Assembly: GCF_037042905.1 (NCBI RefSeq)
Contig: NC_087252.1
Coordinates: forward strand, 21,330,001 to 21,394,000
Length of the DNA stretch: 64,000 nt
Direction: 5' to 3'
Source of the DNA: Lytechinus pictus
Lineage: Eukaryota
The position numbers were made by a program, and so were the translations under genes. This document shows, piece after piece, positions 13,247-25,083 of this stretch (its first letter is position 1; each line of letters starts with the position of its first letter). The notes under the pieces were generated by a model. That model ran no database searches and was not told the DNA's origin. It was given only the letters and a program-made list of their open reading frames with translations.

Positions 13247-15078
13247 CAGGGGCGGATCCAGCCTTCGCCAATAGGGGGGGGGGCCGGAATTTTTTTAAAG
13301 CCATATTTTCCCCGATCGGCCTCTCGAAGATGATTTGTGGGTTTTTTTGAAGGGGAAGTCCTAATAGTCACTTTTTAGCTATATTCTTTAATTTAATCAA
13401 CATAAATATATAATATCAAAATCCTTATTTATATAGTGCGAGCGCGAAGCGCGAGCTAATTTTTTTGAAATCTTATGTATTTTTCCTAAAATTTGAACAT
13501 TCTGGGCAATGTTTGTTATCCTGAAAAAGATGTGTATGCAACTAAATAATTGCTACGAAAGCAAAGCGCGAGCAGAAATGAACTGATGGAAAATGTACCT
13601 GTTAAAGACTGCATGCAGTTAGCCATGAAGACGTTAGATATTTTTAAAATCAAATAATGCGAGCGCGAAGCGCGAGATAAAATTTTGACATTTTTACCCA
13701 AAAAATGGAAATTCTGAGCACTTTTTGTAACTTAACCAGAATAGGTATACAACTAAACAATTGATGCGAGCGCGAAGCGCGAGCGGAAAATTTCGAGATT
13801 TAGACCTACTGAACGAGACACTCTGTTTGTAAATCATGTTTTGTAAATCATGAAAAGGATGAGTAATTGGGGATCTTCCTTACATTAATAATGCGAGCGC
13901 AAAGTGCGAGCAGAAAATTTTTGATATTGTGATCTGAAACTGGATGATTTAAATAGAGAGCAAGTTGAGTATCGAATAAACATGCGCGCGCCTGTTTGAT
14001 ATTTAGACCTAGAATATAGGCATTCTAAATACATCTTTTATCGTGAAAATCAAAGCGAGCGCGAAGCGCGAGCTTAAACTATTTGATATTCCGATCTGAA
14101 AAAAAGTAATTTCAGCTCTATACTTCAAGCACTTTGTAGGAAAATTGTGAGGTGGATATGGATCGCACTTAATAAAGAGCTGATATTTTTCATTATTATT
14201 ACTTTGAATTTTGACATAGGACCGGCACATCCTTAGGACATGTCATCATATGAAAATGATGACTGTCTTCCTATTCCTCTTGCTAAGCGCGATATGAAAC
14301 AAAAGGGACAATTCAATTATTAAATTAATATCTTATTCATTAATGCCTAATGAGGGAGCGAAAACTGATGTTATGATGGCCTGAAAACTGGACATTTCAG
14401 GCACTTTTGTAATTATAACCAGGATGCATCAGTTAATATATTATAAACCATTAATGCTAGCGCAAATTGCGAGCCTAGATTTTTTATACACAGTCATGAA
14501 ACGGGGATTTAAGTAGTTTGTTATAATGCGAGCGAGCAGCGTTAGCTGATACGTTTTAACAATCAGACCTGAAAAGGGATATTTTGAAAACTTCATGGAA
14601 TACACGAAAATAATAGCTACCTGATAAATCAAAGTTTGCGAGCGCGCAGCGCGAGCAGAAAATGTTAATATTCAGACCATAAAACTGACATTTTTACAGA
14701 GCACTTTTTAAAAATCAAGTTGTAACTCACACAGAATAATGAAAGTTCGATTTCCGAGATGATTTTTTTTTTTTGCATATTGACTTCCAAACTTGATATT
14801 TAAACTCCATATTGAACAAAATATGTAAATCACCTAAAAGGCAATGCGAGTGCGAAGCGCGAGGGAAAATTTTATATAGTGACATGAAATATTTTCTTAA
14901 TTATTTTCTAAGTCTTCCCCTCATCTTATTTTATTTACTCGTCTTCTTCGTCTTATGTTTCCCCTTCTTTTTTCTCCTCTCTCTTCCCTTCTTTTTCCCC
15001 CTTCTTTCCCCTTTAATTTCTTATTTTTTTGCTCCGCCAATAGGGGGGGGGGGGCGAGCCCCCCTGGATCCGCCAATG
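13247..15078. mobile_element. Non-autonomous TIR element (1.8 kb) with internal periodic GCGAGCGCGAAGCGCGAGC motif
   Basis: TIRs CAGGGGCGGATCCA / TGGATCCGCCAATG, subterminal CGCCAATA(G)n at both ends, inserted in a GT-rich tract (TSD ambiguous). Confidence 0.8.
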
Positions 15079-16190
15079 CTGCGTGTGCGTGTATGTATCG
15101 TGTGTGAAGGTGTGTGTATGCGTTTATTACATTCAGCGCATGTTCTACAGGCTATGCAGATTTGATGAAACTCCAGCGGTAATTTATACTGAACAATCCT
15201 TGTAACGCGCGCTCGACAACTTGTCATCAGCGCGCAGGCGGGGAAGATAAAAAAAAATCGGCGAAAAGATGCTGAAATTGTCTGCATTGAACAGAGTGAA
15301 AATCCAGGTGTAACGCAGAATTACTCTAAGCTACAGAGGCTATCATACAGAGACAAGAGACTAGTGGCGTTTGAAGTGTGGTCTACTCCAAGTAGGTGTT
15401 CAAAAATGCATGTCGTCATAGAAACTGTCGTCGTCCTGTCTGGCCACTTCACCGCGGACGTTCTCCGATACCCTCCCCTGAAGTTTTCCATTCTCCTCGA
15501 CAAGCACTTTCTGCAGATCGTGTGCAATATGCGGGAGGGCGCGTGTATGGTGCGTATCAAAGTCCCACGCTATCAGGTTTCAGAAATGCATATCAAAGAT
15601 TCATCACAATGCAAATTCGAACATTTCCAATCCATGAAAGCGATTTGCGTTGCCAAATGGCTTTACGACTCTTCAAGCTTTCTCTCCATTCTCTCAATAA
15701 ATCCTGTTTCTTTTATATGATGATTTTGTGCGACAGTGAGGAGAGACGATATTAGCTCAATCATGTCCTCAGTGGCTACTTTCGCCCCCGGGACTATGGT
15801 TCAGATAAATTGTTTGCATTTGAAATGTAAACTTGAGCTAAACAATGACGAAGAACGACGATGATTATCTAAGACGGTGATATCAGAGAGTGGGCATGAA
15901 TATTGATAACGCATCTCATCCGGCATTTAAAATATAGATAATAATTTTAAATAAAGAGGAATGGAGGAAACGATGTTTGACGAGTAGGTCGTAAAAGATG
16001 TAGGCCTAGAGAAGGGACTTCAATTTGATCCATAGGATACTCCGGAGCAATGACTCAATGCTATGTAAGCTATCCTTAACATTAATGTTCTTTTATGTAC
16101 ATTCGGTTTAACTCCAGTGTTGCTTTACCACCAGCCCGAAATCTAGTTATGTCCACACTAGATGCTGTTTTTGCAGTCTACTATTAATTT

Positions 16191-16565
16191 AGGGAGCATT
16201 ATTTCACGAAGAGTTTTGTCTGTGATTTTTCAATGACTAAATTTTGTTATCAGCCAATCAAAGTCAAGGATTTCCCGTAGCTTATAACAATTGTTAATGA
16301 AAATCGCTGACTATTACCGTTTACAGTAACTCGTGATTTTTGGGTCCGCACCACAAGCGTTTAGTAACTGTAGCAGATCCGCGCTACTTTTTACGCTAAT
16401 TTTACGATAGCGCTGGTCTGGAGCTAATAAAAGCAGTACCAAAAGAGCCCGGGCATGGCGCGGGCTATTAGCTCGCACCATTCATAAACTAAATTTTTGT
16501 AACGACTTGGCCCAGGCTTGGTCTGGACCAGCGAGTTACTGAAAGCGGTATATGAAAGGCGTCCT
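16191..16565. mobile_element. Decayed MITE (same family as 43654-43798) interrupted by a younger MITE
   Basis: Shares AGCCAATCA...CAAGGATTT...GTAGCTTATAACAAT with 43654-43798 and resumes (ATGAAAGG) after the 16317-16548 insertion. Confidence 0.6.
16317..16548. mobile_element. TA-flanked MITE
   Basis: TIR CCGTTTACAGTAACTCG / CGAGTTACTGAAAGCGG with TA on both sides. Confidence 0.75.
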
Positions 16566-16743
16566 TCGTCGGGTGTATCACTCTCTGCGCAGGTACCTGG
16601 TTTCTGCCATTAAGAACATAAAACTGCGTTCTAAGTTTATGTATTCTTGATACAGACCTGAGTAAGTTTTTAAACAGTCTATGTCACAAGTCGCATTTAA
16701 GAATCATAGTATTTGACACGATTTTCACATTTTTATGCTAATA

Positions 16744-16908
16744 ATGACATAGTCACATTTTCCTTACGACGGCCGTACGGCGAGTAGAAAACAGCCGTTT
16801 AAAATTGTTTGCACAGGCTACATTATAGGTGGTTTGACTAAAAAATGAATAAAACGGCTGTTTTCGACTCGCCGAACGGCCGCCGTAGGGTAAATGTGAC
16901 TGAGCCAT
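16744..16908. mobile_element. Fold-back MITE
   Basis: ~57-bp imperfect inverted arms (AGTCACATTT...GGCCGTACGGCGAGTAGAAAACAGCCGTTT and its complement), TA on both sides. Confidence 0.8.
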
Positions 16909-17376
16909 TAGTAGCTATTTACTATACAGCTGAAATAACACGTGAATCTTGAATCATCATTGTAATAATGATTGCGATTGTATCGTGACTGAGATTAGCG
17001 TTCTAATCATGTTCTAGTTTGGTTTCACACGTGCTAAATATTCGTCATTAGCCTTATTTTTCACTGGAATCGTCATTCAAATTAATTTTTGTACCGTGTG
17101 AAAGGGCGATTCATCCTGCACGTGTTAGGAGGTGTAATGAAATAAGACACGGTTCAATGGAACGATTATTAAACGAAACAGACACTGAAGATTTGGTCTG
17201 AGGTATTTTGTATATTAGCGTATTCTAGCATCCACATCGCAGACGCTTTGTGCAACGTCCAGAATCTATTGAAAATGCCCGTCAAATGGACAGATTAGAG
17301 GTCATTGTTGAAAGTGAGTGGTGGACCGGGACTGTGCATGATCTTGAGATTCGGTCCGGACTATAAAGTTGTCAAT

Positions 17377-17688
17377 GGCCCGTATTCTGAAGTCAGGTTT
17401 AAGTTAAATTCAGGCTTAAAGTTGTGGTTTAAGTATGGATAGCCAAAAGTATCAATTTTGTTTATTAGGTTGTACGTTTCTTATGTTTGCTGTTTGCTCT
17501 CCTGATTCATCGATGGTGAAGACAATAATCTATATATACTCCCTACACAATTATGAATGATTTGAGAGCCAAATGAGCTGAAATGTTATATCCCTACTGT
17601 TAGTGATTTATGTAACAATTGGCTGTCCATACTTAAACCACAACTTTAAACCTGAGTTTAAGTTAAACCCGACTTCAGAATACGGGCC
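17377..17688. mobile_element. PIF/Harbinger-like MITE (family A, copy 2)
   Basis: TIR GGCCCGTATTCTGAAGTC / GACTTCAGAATACGGGCC; 3-bp TSD AAT. Confidence 0.88.
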
Positions 17689-19345
17689 AATATGTCGTTT
17701 GTCCAGAGTCCAGGTCGACACTGCTGTTTTGATTCACCGATTTTCGACAAAGGCTGCTTTATTATAAAGGACTATTGACACAAGATTCTCTGCGTTATAG
17801 TAAGCGGCTGCGAAGTAATTGCTAAATACCTTAATCGGACAAAGATAAAAAAAAAAAACAATTCTGTTTTACTTGTCACTTCTTATTCCCCCTGAAAATA
17901 AGGTATTGTAATATGCATACCCCCCCCTTCATTTCCAATTCCAAATGGTCTATTTTATACTGTTTTCTATTTACAAAATTAAGTCAGTCATGAAATCACC
18001 AATAATGTTATTGTTATAATATTCATTCGTTAATTTGCATCAAGTGGATATTAATTTGTATAAAGTTTGAATAGAAATTGAATAAAGAGAAGTGAAAAAA
18101 TGAAATACAAACCCTTGTTTGTGATTCCCCTGTTGAAAAAGAGAATGATGGTGTGAATTAAGAGAATGATTTGTAATTAATTGCTACATAGTTGATCCTG
18201 TTGTCTTTAAAGTTCACATCTTCTGCATTTCTTACATCAACTTGGGGCGAGTTAAGCCTATCTCTGTTAAATAGGCGACTGATTAACTATGTCAGCCCAC
18301 GTAATTGTGATTAAATGTAACATTTCAGTTGGCTTTTTTCAGAATGAAGTTTTTAAATACCTATTTTGAACAAGCAATTGTTATCACCCCGATGTAATTT
18401 TCCGAGAAAAGAATAAAGAGTTCTTTAAGAAATTATATCGGATATGTCTTTGCATTCATATTGTTAGACTCCTCCGCAAAGCTCTCGGACAAGCTCTTAT
18501 TGATCAGGTTACGACTATCTTACTCTTTGGACAAGAATGTATATGGAACACAGCTTGGGAATCCATTAGATTAACTTTCAGAGATTGTACTTTTGCGCAA
18601 AAGCTGATCTCCGTGCTGTCGCCTTAATGCACTTGTAAGAACAGGAGAAGTGTCAAGAAAATCGAACACGGTAAAAACGGAGAAATGGAGAAGGTTTCGG
18701 GATCCCGTTTACAGCTCTTTTACACTCTACCTTTCTGGGAGTTCTTGAATTGCTTTGCTTCACGTCGAATTTGATAGGTAAAGTGTTATTATCTGAGACT
18801 GGGTTTTATATTCCGCTTTCCTTTAGAAAAAGTGATGTTATGGAAGCATCTTATTGGACTTTAACGTCTATCCAACCCGTTCCCTTCTCTGCCCTCTCCC
18901 CATACTCTCTCCTTCTTCTCATTCTCTTTATTTCTCTGTCTTTTACAAACATTCATACACGCATCAACATCCTTCGTAAGTACTAAGAGACACATCCAGT
19001 CTCTCTATTGACCGATCTATCTTTAGTCATATTAAACAATTATGGTATATGTGTGTGAGGGTGTGCGTTGGTGTGTGTGTGGACCGATTGGGTATGTTTG
19101 TTAATTTGTATTGATCTACCTTTGGGGGCATTTTCGATCAACCGGGGACATCCTATACAACCGGGGACGTCCCCGGTCCACATAACCATGACATGAAAAT
19201 CAATCCCTCATCTCATTCCAAACCGTTTCATATAGTTAACACATGAAGACGGCAAACGCACGTCCCCACTTTGGCGATTAATGGTAAGTGAGGCCCCGAT
19301 TATTAAATTACATGACGGTGAGTGTCTTAGTGTGGAGAGGATTTA

Positions 19346-19527
19346 TGTGTGATTGAGTTTTTTTTACAGAGTCGTGTATCAATTAGATTATGAGCATTCG
19401 TTTCCGTGATTGACGTTTAATTACGTCATCAAAAAGGCACGACAAGGCTCGAACCTCTGCATCAGTTCGTAACTTCCCAATATATTCGGCTGGATTGTAT
19501 TCCATGCATATGTACGTCACCCCGGTC
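19346..19527 (-). mobile_element. Decayed copy of the 7SL-headed SINE-like family
   Basis: Colinear similarity to 59577-59760: TGAGTTT..CAGA..CGTGTATCAATTAGA..ATGA, GGCTCGAACCTC, TGCATCA.TT.GTAACTTCCC, TGGATT. The head is heavily decayed. Confidence 0.65.
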
Positions 19528-19560
19528 AATTGGAGGAGGGTACGTAGTATATCATTCAAT

Positions 19561-19991
19561 AGACCAGTTCGGTATTACCTCATGGACAATTTTTGTCGAA
19601 TTACCTTTCATTTTTTTAACATTATAATAGGCAGATTTCAAAGCAATATATTATGTAAGCATGCCTTACATAGCAGGATGCAGAAATAGTATAGACCAGG
19701 TGACTAGAATAGCACACCAATAAAGACTATGAAAGCATTTGCTGCATGTTAGTACTTTAAATGCATTAACAAGTTGCTATAACAATGTACTTTGGCCAAC
19801 TGTGAAATACCAGTCGCTAGTGGACGCATTGTTGTTTTTGTGGATCTAATGAAAAACAAAATTCTAAAGAATATATGAATAATCCAGACATCAAAGTTGA
19901 TGCTTATCTCATAAGATATTAAATCACTATGTCACTTTTAGTCCGAATTCCGTCTTCTGATCATGCGCAGAATGAAACCCCGAAATGGCTT
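19561..19991. mobile_element. MITE family B, copy 2 (inverted relative to 11287-11717)
   Basis: Begins AT|AGACCAGTTCG, ends CGAAATGGCTT|AT; reverse complement of copy 1 over ~430 bp. Confidence 0.75.
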
Positions 19992-22729
19992 ATCATATAC
20001 GGTAATTCGGGGGCATATATAGAGAAAAGGTGAAAACAATTGTGTTTTCCAAAGTATAACAATACAACAATAATCGAACAATATCGTTGCAAACCTGATC
20101 TTGGGTTATTGTTGTTGGCGAAATGTTGCAATAAGTTAGTTGTAGTTCATTTTTTTAGATTTAAATTCTCTATATTTGAACCTGGGTGGGTGAATGAGAA
20201 TTTAGATCATATTTAAAGATTGTTAATATTTGCTATGAATATATTTTTTCATGTTTGGTGGACAGCACCATAGAATTAAACATTTATTACTTAATTTCTT
20301 ATTTGCTATCGATATCAGCTGATGCTGATAACCTCATAGATCTGTGTTAACCGTGTCATTACCCCCTTCTCATCTCCATCTTTAACCCTAAGCCAAAGTA
20401 CAAAACGGCGCAATCTTTGTTGTATACGGGATCACAGCACTCGATCTATACGTGTCGTATTTTTAGAAACTTGTTATGAACTGTCGCAGTATCTCGATTT
20501 GTTCTCCCTAACTTTATATTTCTGTACTCTCGTTCTTGCTTTCCCTCTTTCAACTTTCATCTTTTTCATCTTTTCTGTTCTTCAGTTTCCTTTCTTGCTC
20601 TTCCTTTTATTATTTTTTATTATATATCTACCTTTCTCTCTCTTCTCTTCGGTCGTGTCTCACACACTCTGCAAATCTCTCCGTCGTCTTGCCAACTCTT
20701 GCAAACTACCTTTCTCTTTCTCTTCTCCTCTCTTTCATTTAATCTTTTCTCACTTTCTCTCTATACATTCACACGAACACACACACCCACAAACGTACAT
20801 CCACTCACACACACGATTACCGTCTGCATATCTTTATTTTTCTTTAGGAGGGTAGAAGTATGCATACTAATCTGACTCATATATGATGTATATAGTCTAG
20901 CGTGGCAGCGAAGCGGTCGAACTGTTCATGACAGCGATTTCGCATTTTAAACTTGAAATTGAAGGATATGTACACTAAAGATGAATAAAAAAAACTACTC
21001 AGAGGATGGTTTGGAATTTGGGGCTGGGCAGTTTCATCTTCCCCTATGTGCAAGGGCGGAAATCTCTCCCAAAAAGTATGGGGGACACATAGGCATGTGT
21101 AAGGCCACGTACACCTCCCACCATACACTCCACCTGCCCCCCCCCCCCTCACACATACATAAACAAATTCTCTCACTCAATTTTTCTTGTATCTTTGGTA
21201 TCGTTCTTTTATTTTCGTTCCAGTTCCTTATTCATACCTTCTTATTCAACCTCTCTCTCTCTCTCTCTTTCCTCTTAATAGTTTTCATTTCCGTCTTCCT
21301 ACCCAACTCCAAATACCCAATTCTTAACCTTGTAATGGCGCTATGTGGGGCAGGGGATGGGCGCCTCTCTGTTTTTCCCCTAAAATTATTTATATAATTT
21401 TTTTCCAAAAAGGGTGATTGTTTAAGATAAAAGGACCCCCGTCTGGCGCACCACTAAATTCACCGCACTCCAGCTTCACCAAACCGGCGAGATCATGATA
21501 ACAATCTATGAGAGAACTCAGGGAAGTAAAAGGTCACACCCGCCCCCACTTCGTTTCTTCCTAATTTTAATACAGAAGGCGCATCCAGGAGGGTCACCTC
21601 GAGTCTTTGGGACCCACAAAGCCAAGAAAATGAAATTAAGAAAAAGATATGTCAAGAATAACACGCAAGTTTTCATAAGCAATAGAGAACATGCGTTTAT
21701 AAAAGAAACAATTTGTTCATAAATTAAAAAAATGGTAAGAAACATTCAACCATCCATAAAATGCAACTAAACAATAAGCACCCATTCATCAAAGGTCGAA
21801 CACCCATACACACACCCACACACGAACGCACAAATTTTAATTCTGTTTATGGTAAGCATAAGTCACGTAGTAACTCGGCAGGACAGCATTTTTGCTGGTA
21901 AAACTTTTCTTAAACTGACAAGCATAATGGAATAACATTTTTGGAGCTAATGAGAATAAAAAAATAAATAAAGGAGAGACTCGAGAGTGCGAAAGGTAAT
22001 AGTTCTATACCCCGAAGACGATTCCTTCCGACCTAAAAATCTTTATTTTGAAGCCCTTTGGAGTCAAAAACACTTGAACCTAATCCAAAGGAGTGAGTTT
22101 TCCCTATCTAGGATTTAGAGCTCCAAATATGCATAAAAGGTCACGTGATCTACTTTCGATCGATGACGTTGACACCCCTGACTGGAAATACCTTCTTAAT
22201 TTCGATTTTCTCCGAGTGTGACAATGGTTTAAGATAAAAGATAAGTGTTGAGTGTTTATATTCTTGACAAGAGTTGGGGGAACAAGACGCTATTCGTCGG
22301 TTAAAAAAAGATGAAATCCTCGTAATTCACATTTTTCTTGTTATTTCATATATCAAACCTCAGGCGATTCAATTTTCAAATCTTTTCTGAGAGTGATCCA
22401 CTGCAACTTTGATTGTTTTCGTCTTCCTATACCGACTCGGTTTGTATTTGCATTTGAACATTTCCTTCTTGTTGATCATTTGTCTTCTAACTTCCTTGTT
22501 TTTACACTTGAGAAAATATATATTTAAATTTAAAATATGACCTAAATCAAATTCATACGAATTCATTTTTTATAGCATAATCTGACATGCTATGCTTGCT
22601 AGCCAGTTTTCGTCGGTCATATTTGTTGCTATGTTAGGCAACCGCTATATTATATTTCAGGCGTTTTTATTACTAGCAGTCTTATTAGCAATGTTACGAT
22701 TTGAAGGTGACGAAAGGAATGGTATATAA

Positions 22730-23210
22730 TAGGGAAAAGACGGAATGAGGGAGGATATTGTCTGGTTTGGAGTGTAGAGAGGATGAGATTAAAGAGAGAA
22801 AGAGAGCGGATGAGAGAGACATAGAAATTAGACAAGGAGCTAGAAAGGGAAAGGGAAGAAAATAAATATGAAGAAGTGAAGAGAACAAAGAGTGATAGGA
22901 AGAGAGGTGGAAAAGGGAAGGTGGAATAAAGAGGGAGAAAAGGGAGAGTGATAAGGAAATAAAGGGAAGGGAGAAGAAAGTGGAAGAGAGAGGGAAAGAA
23001 GCAAACAAAGAAAAGATGGTAGGAGATGAGATGATAGAGAGAGAGAATGAAAGGGAAACGGGTAGGATAGAGAGTGGGTTAAAGATAGACATACATAGAG
23101 AGAAATAGAAGGAAATACGTTGAAAGGGGGATGAGATATAGGGAGATATTGGAGATACAGATAAAGAAGGAGTGACAGATAGAAGCGATAGAGGAGAGAG
23201 AGGGGAAAAT
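22730..23210. repeat. GA-rich polypurine low-complexity tract
   Basis: Almost exclusively A/G with degenerate (GA)n. Confidence 0.85.
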
Positions 23211-23543
23211 ATATAGCTACCCTAGCAAAACCCCCAGGCAAGAAAATGATACACAAGATAGAACTGTGTAAGAATGATAAATGGTATCGGAAATATGGAA
23301 CATTAGTTTCACGATTAATTAGACACTTGATCGGCATACTTAGCATGATTCGTTTAGAGGAAGAAACATCAGTCAAACACACGGTAATATATATGCTTTG
23401 TATGGGAGGGGCCTGGGGTATATAGGTGACACGACAATTGATCCTGCGTCAATTGCTCCGGGCTTTACTTCGTCTAAAATGTATAGGGCTAGGGTTAGCA
23501 ATTGTGGGCTAAACCCCATGTAATAAATAATTACATCGGGCTA

Positions 23544-23826
23544 CACTGTTAGAAAATTTATCCTTAAAATAAAAGAAGTTCCTGAAGCAGAGTCTCGAGA
23601 ACACCTGTAATCTTATCAGATTGCGTAATCTTACAGGAAATTGGTATTTGGTGTATGGAATCTTACAGATTTCCTTAAATAAAACACCCTTTTTCCCTTT
23701 TTAAACATACCTGTTCTGTTAAATTGCAGAAAAATTCCTGTTTTACGAATTTACAGAATGATTCTGTTATTGCTTTCTGCAAAGTCTTCTCTTTTTTCCT
23801 GTAAAATCACGGTTTTTTAAACAGTG
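23544..23826. mobile_element. CACTG-terminated MITE with 2-bp TSD (EnSpm/CACTA-like)
   Basis: TA|CACTGTTAGAAAA ... TTTTTTAAACAGTG|TA. Confidence 0.7.
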
Positions 23827-25083
23827 TATGATTAGAAATAGTTAACGGTTTGGGGATAATACTCGCTTTATTAATAATGCCAATTTCCCTCACACACACA
23901 AAAAAAGATAATAAAAAGAAAAGAGTTTTGATATTTTTTGGAAATACTCTCCTTGTATATAAACGTCTTTACTTCATCTTTTTTCACGAGGAGCCGTTTC
24001 GATTACAGAAGTTATTTCAGACATTTTCAACCAAATTGCCTTTTGCGTCTTAACCACGTTAACGGCTTAACACCATTGACATTGTTTAGAGAGGACCAGA
24101 GCGACCTTTTTGCTCTTAGCTGCAAACGATTTGCTTGATCACATTGAAACATATCCGGTTTTCTCTTCTCACATTGCCAAATGTGTCAGCAAAACAGTGC
24201 ATATGTCAATCAAGGGATATCCCGGAAACGTATTCTCTTCAGATTTATTCTCACGGATACAAAATGAATGCAAATCGAACCGAGAAAATAAACGTCGTCT
24301 GTGAACAAAAGAAGGGGATATGGAGACGGGGCAAAAAGCGCGCGCACAAAAAGCGGGCAATAGCCAAAATTAAACTACGGCATGAGTCAATGCATGTTAA
24401 ATATTCATCGCTATAGAAACCAATGGATACATGTAGGAAAAGTTATATTCACTGTGTCATTCAACCATTGAACATCAGTGGTATCAAACTTCATGCACTG
24501 GGAGTTTTGTACAACCTGGTAAAAAGTGCCCTATATCAGTTTTCCCGCGGATTCGGTGCACTGATTTGCACATGCATTGGTATGCGCGCGCGTGCGGGAA
24601 ATAGTGGTGGTGGTTAATTTCACGCTGAAACCAACAACGATGACGCAATAAAAGAAAATGAAGAAGGGACAAGGCGATGGTTACCTAGTCTTTCAAAAGA
24701 GACAATTTATGAATCTATAGTAGATGTGAACTGATTATGTTCATTATGCCAGTGTATGTATGCGTATGTTATATAAATGTTGATATATGATGTTTATACA
24801 ATGTTTACATTTGAAAGTACTACACCTTGTGATGAGTATGTTTATACATACATATAATATATATATATATAGTGCGTATCAAACAAAAAAATTACACTTA
24901 GAAAAAATCCTGTAAAATTATACATTTGTAATATCCTGAAGATTTTTCCAAATTTTATCATTGGTACAGATCCATTTAAGCAAATGACGATATACCTGTC
25001 GAAAAATATTTCTGCTTGAGTGAGCACCACTTACTTTTGAAAAGCTAGTGAAAAAAATTATTTGCGCAGAGCGTTGAAATATA

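Noticed and set aside
13438..14865. CRISPR-like repeat-spacer appearance
   Set aside because: The repeats are 19 bp and degenerate, the spacers are about 100 bp and mutually related, the array sits inside a TIR element, there are no cas genes, and the context is eukaryotic.
15321..15755. Overlapping 79-119 aa ORFs in unique sequence
   Set aside because: No recognisable homology or convincing splice sites in any frame.
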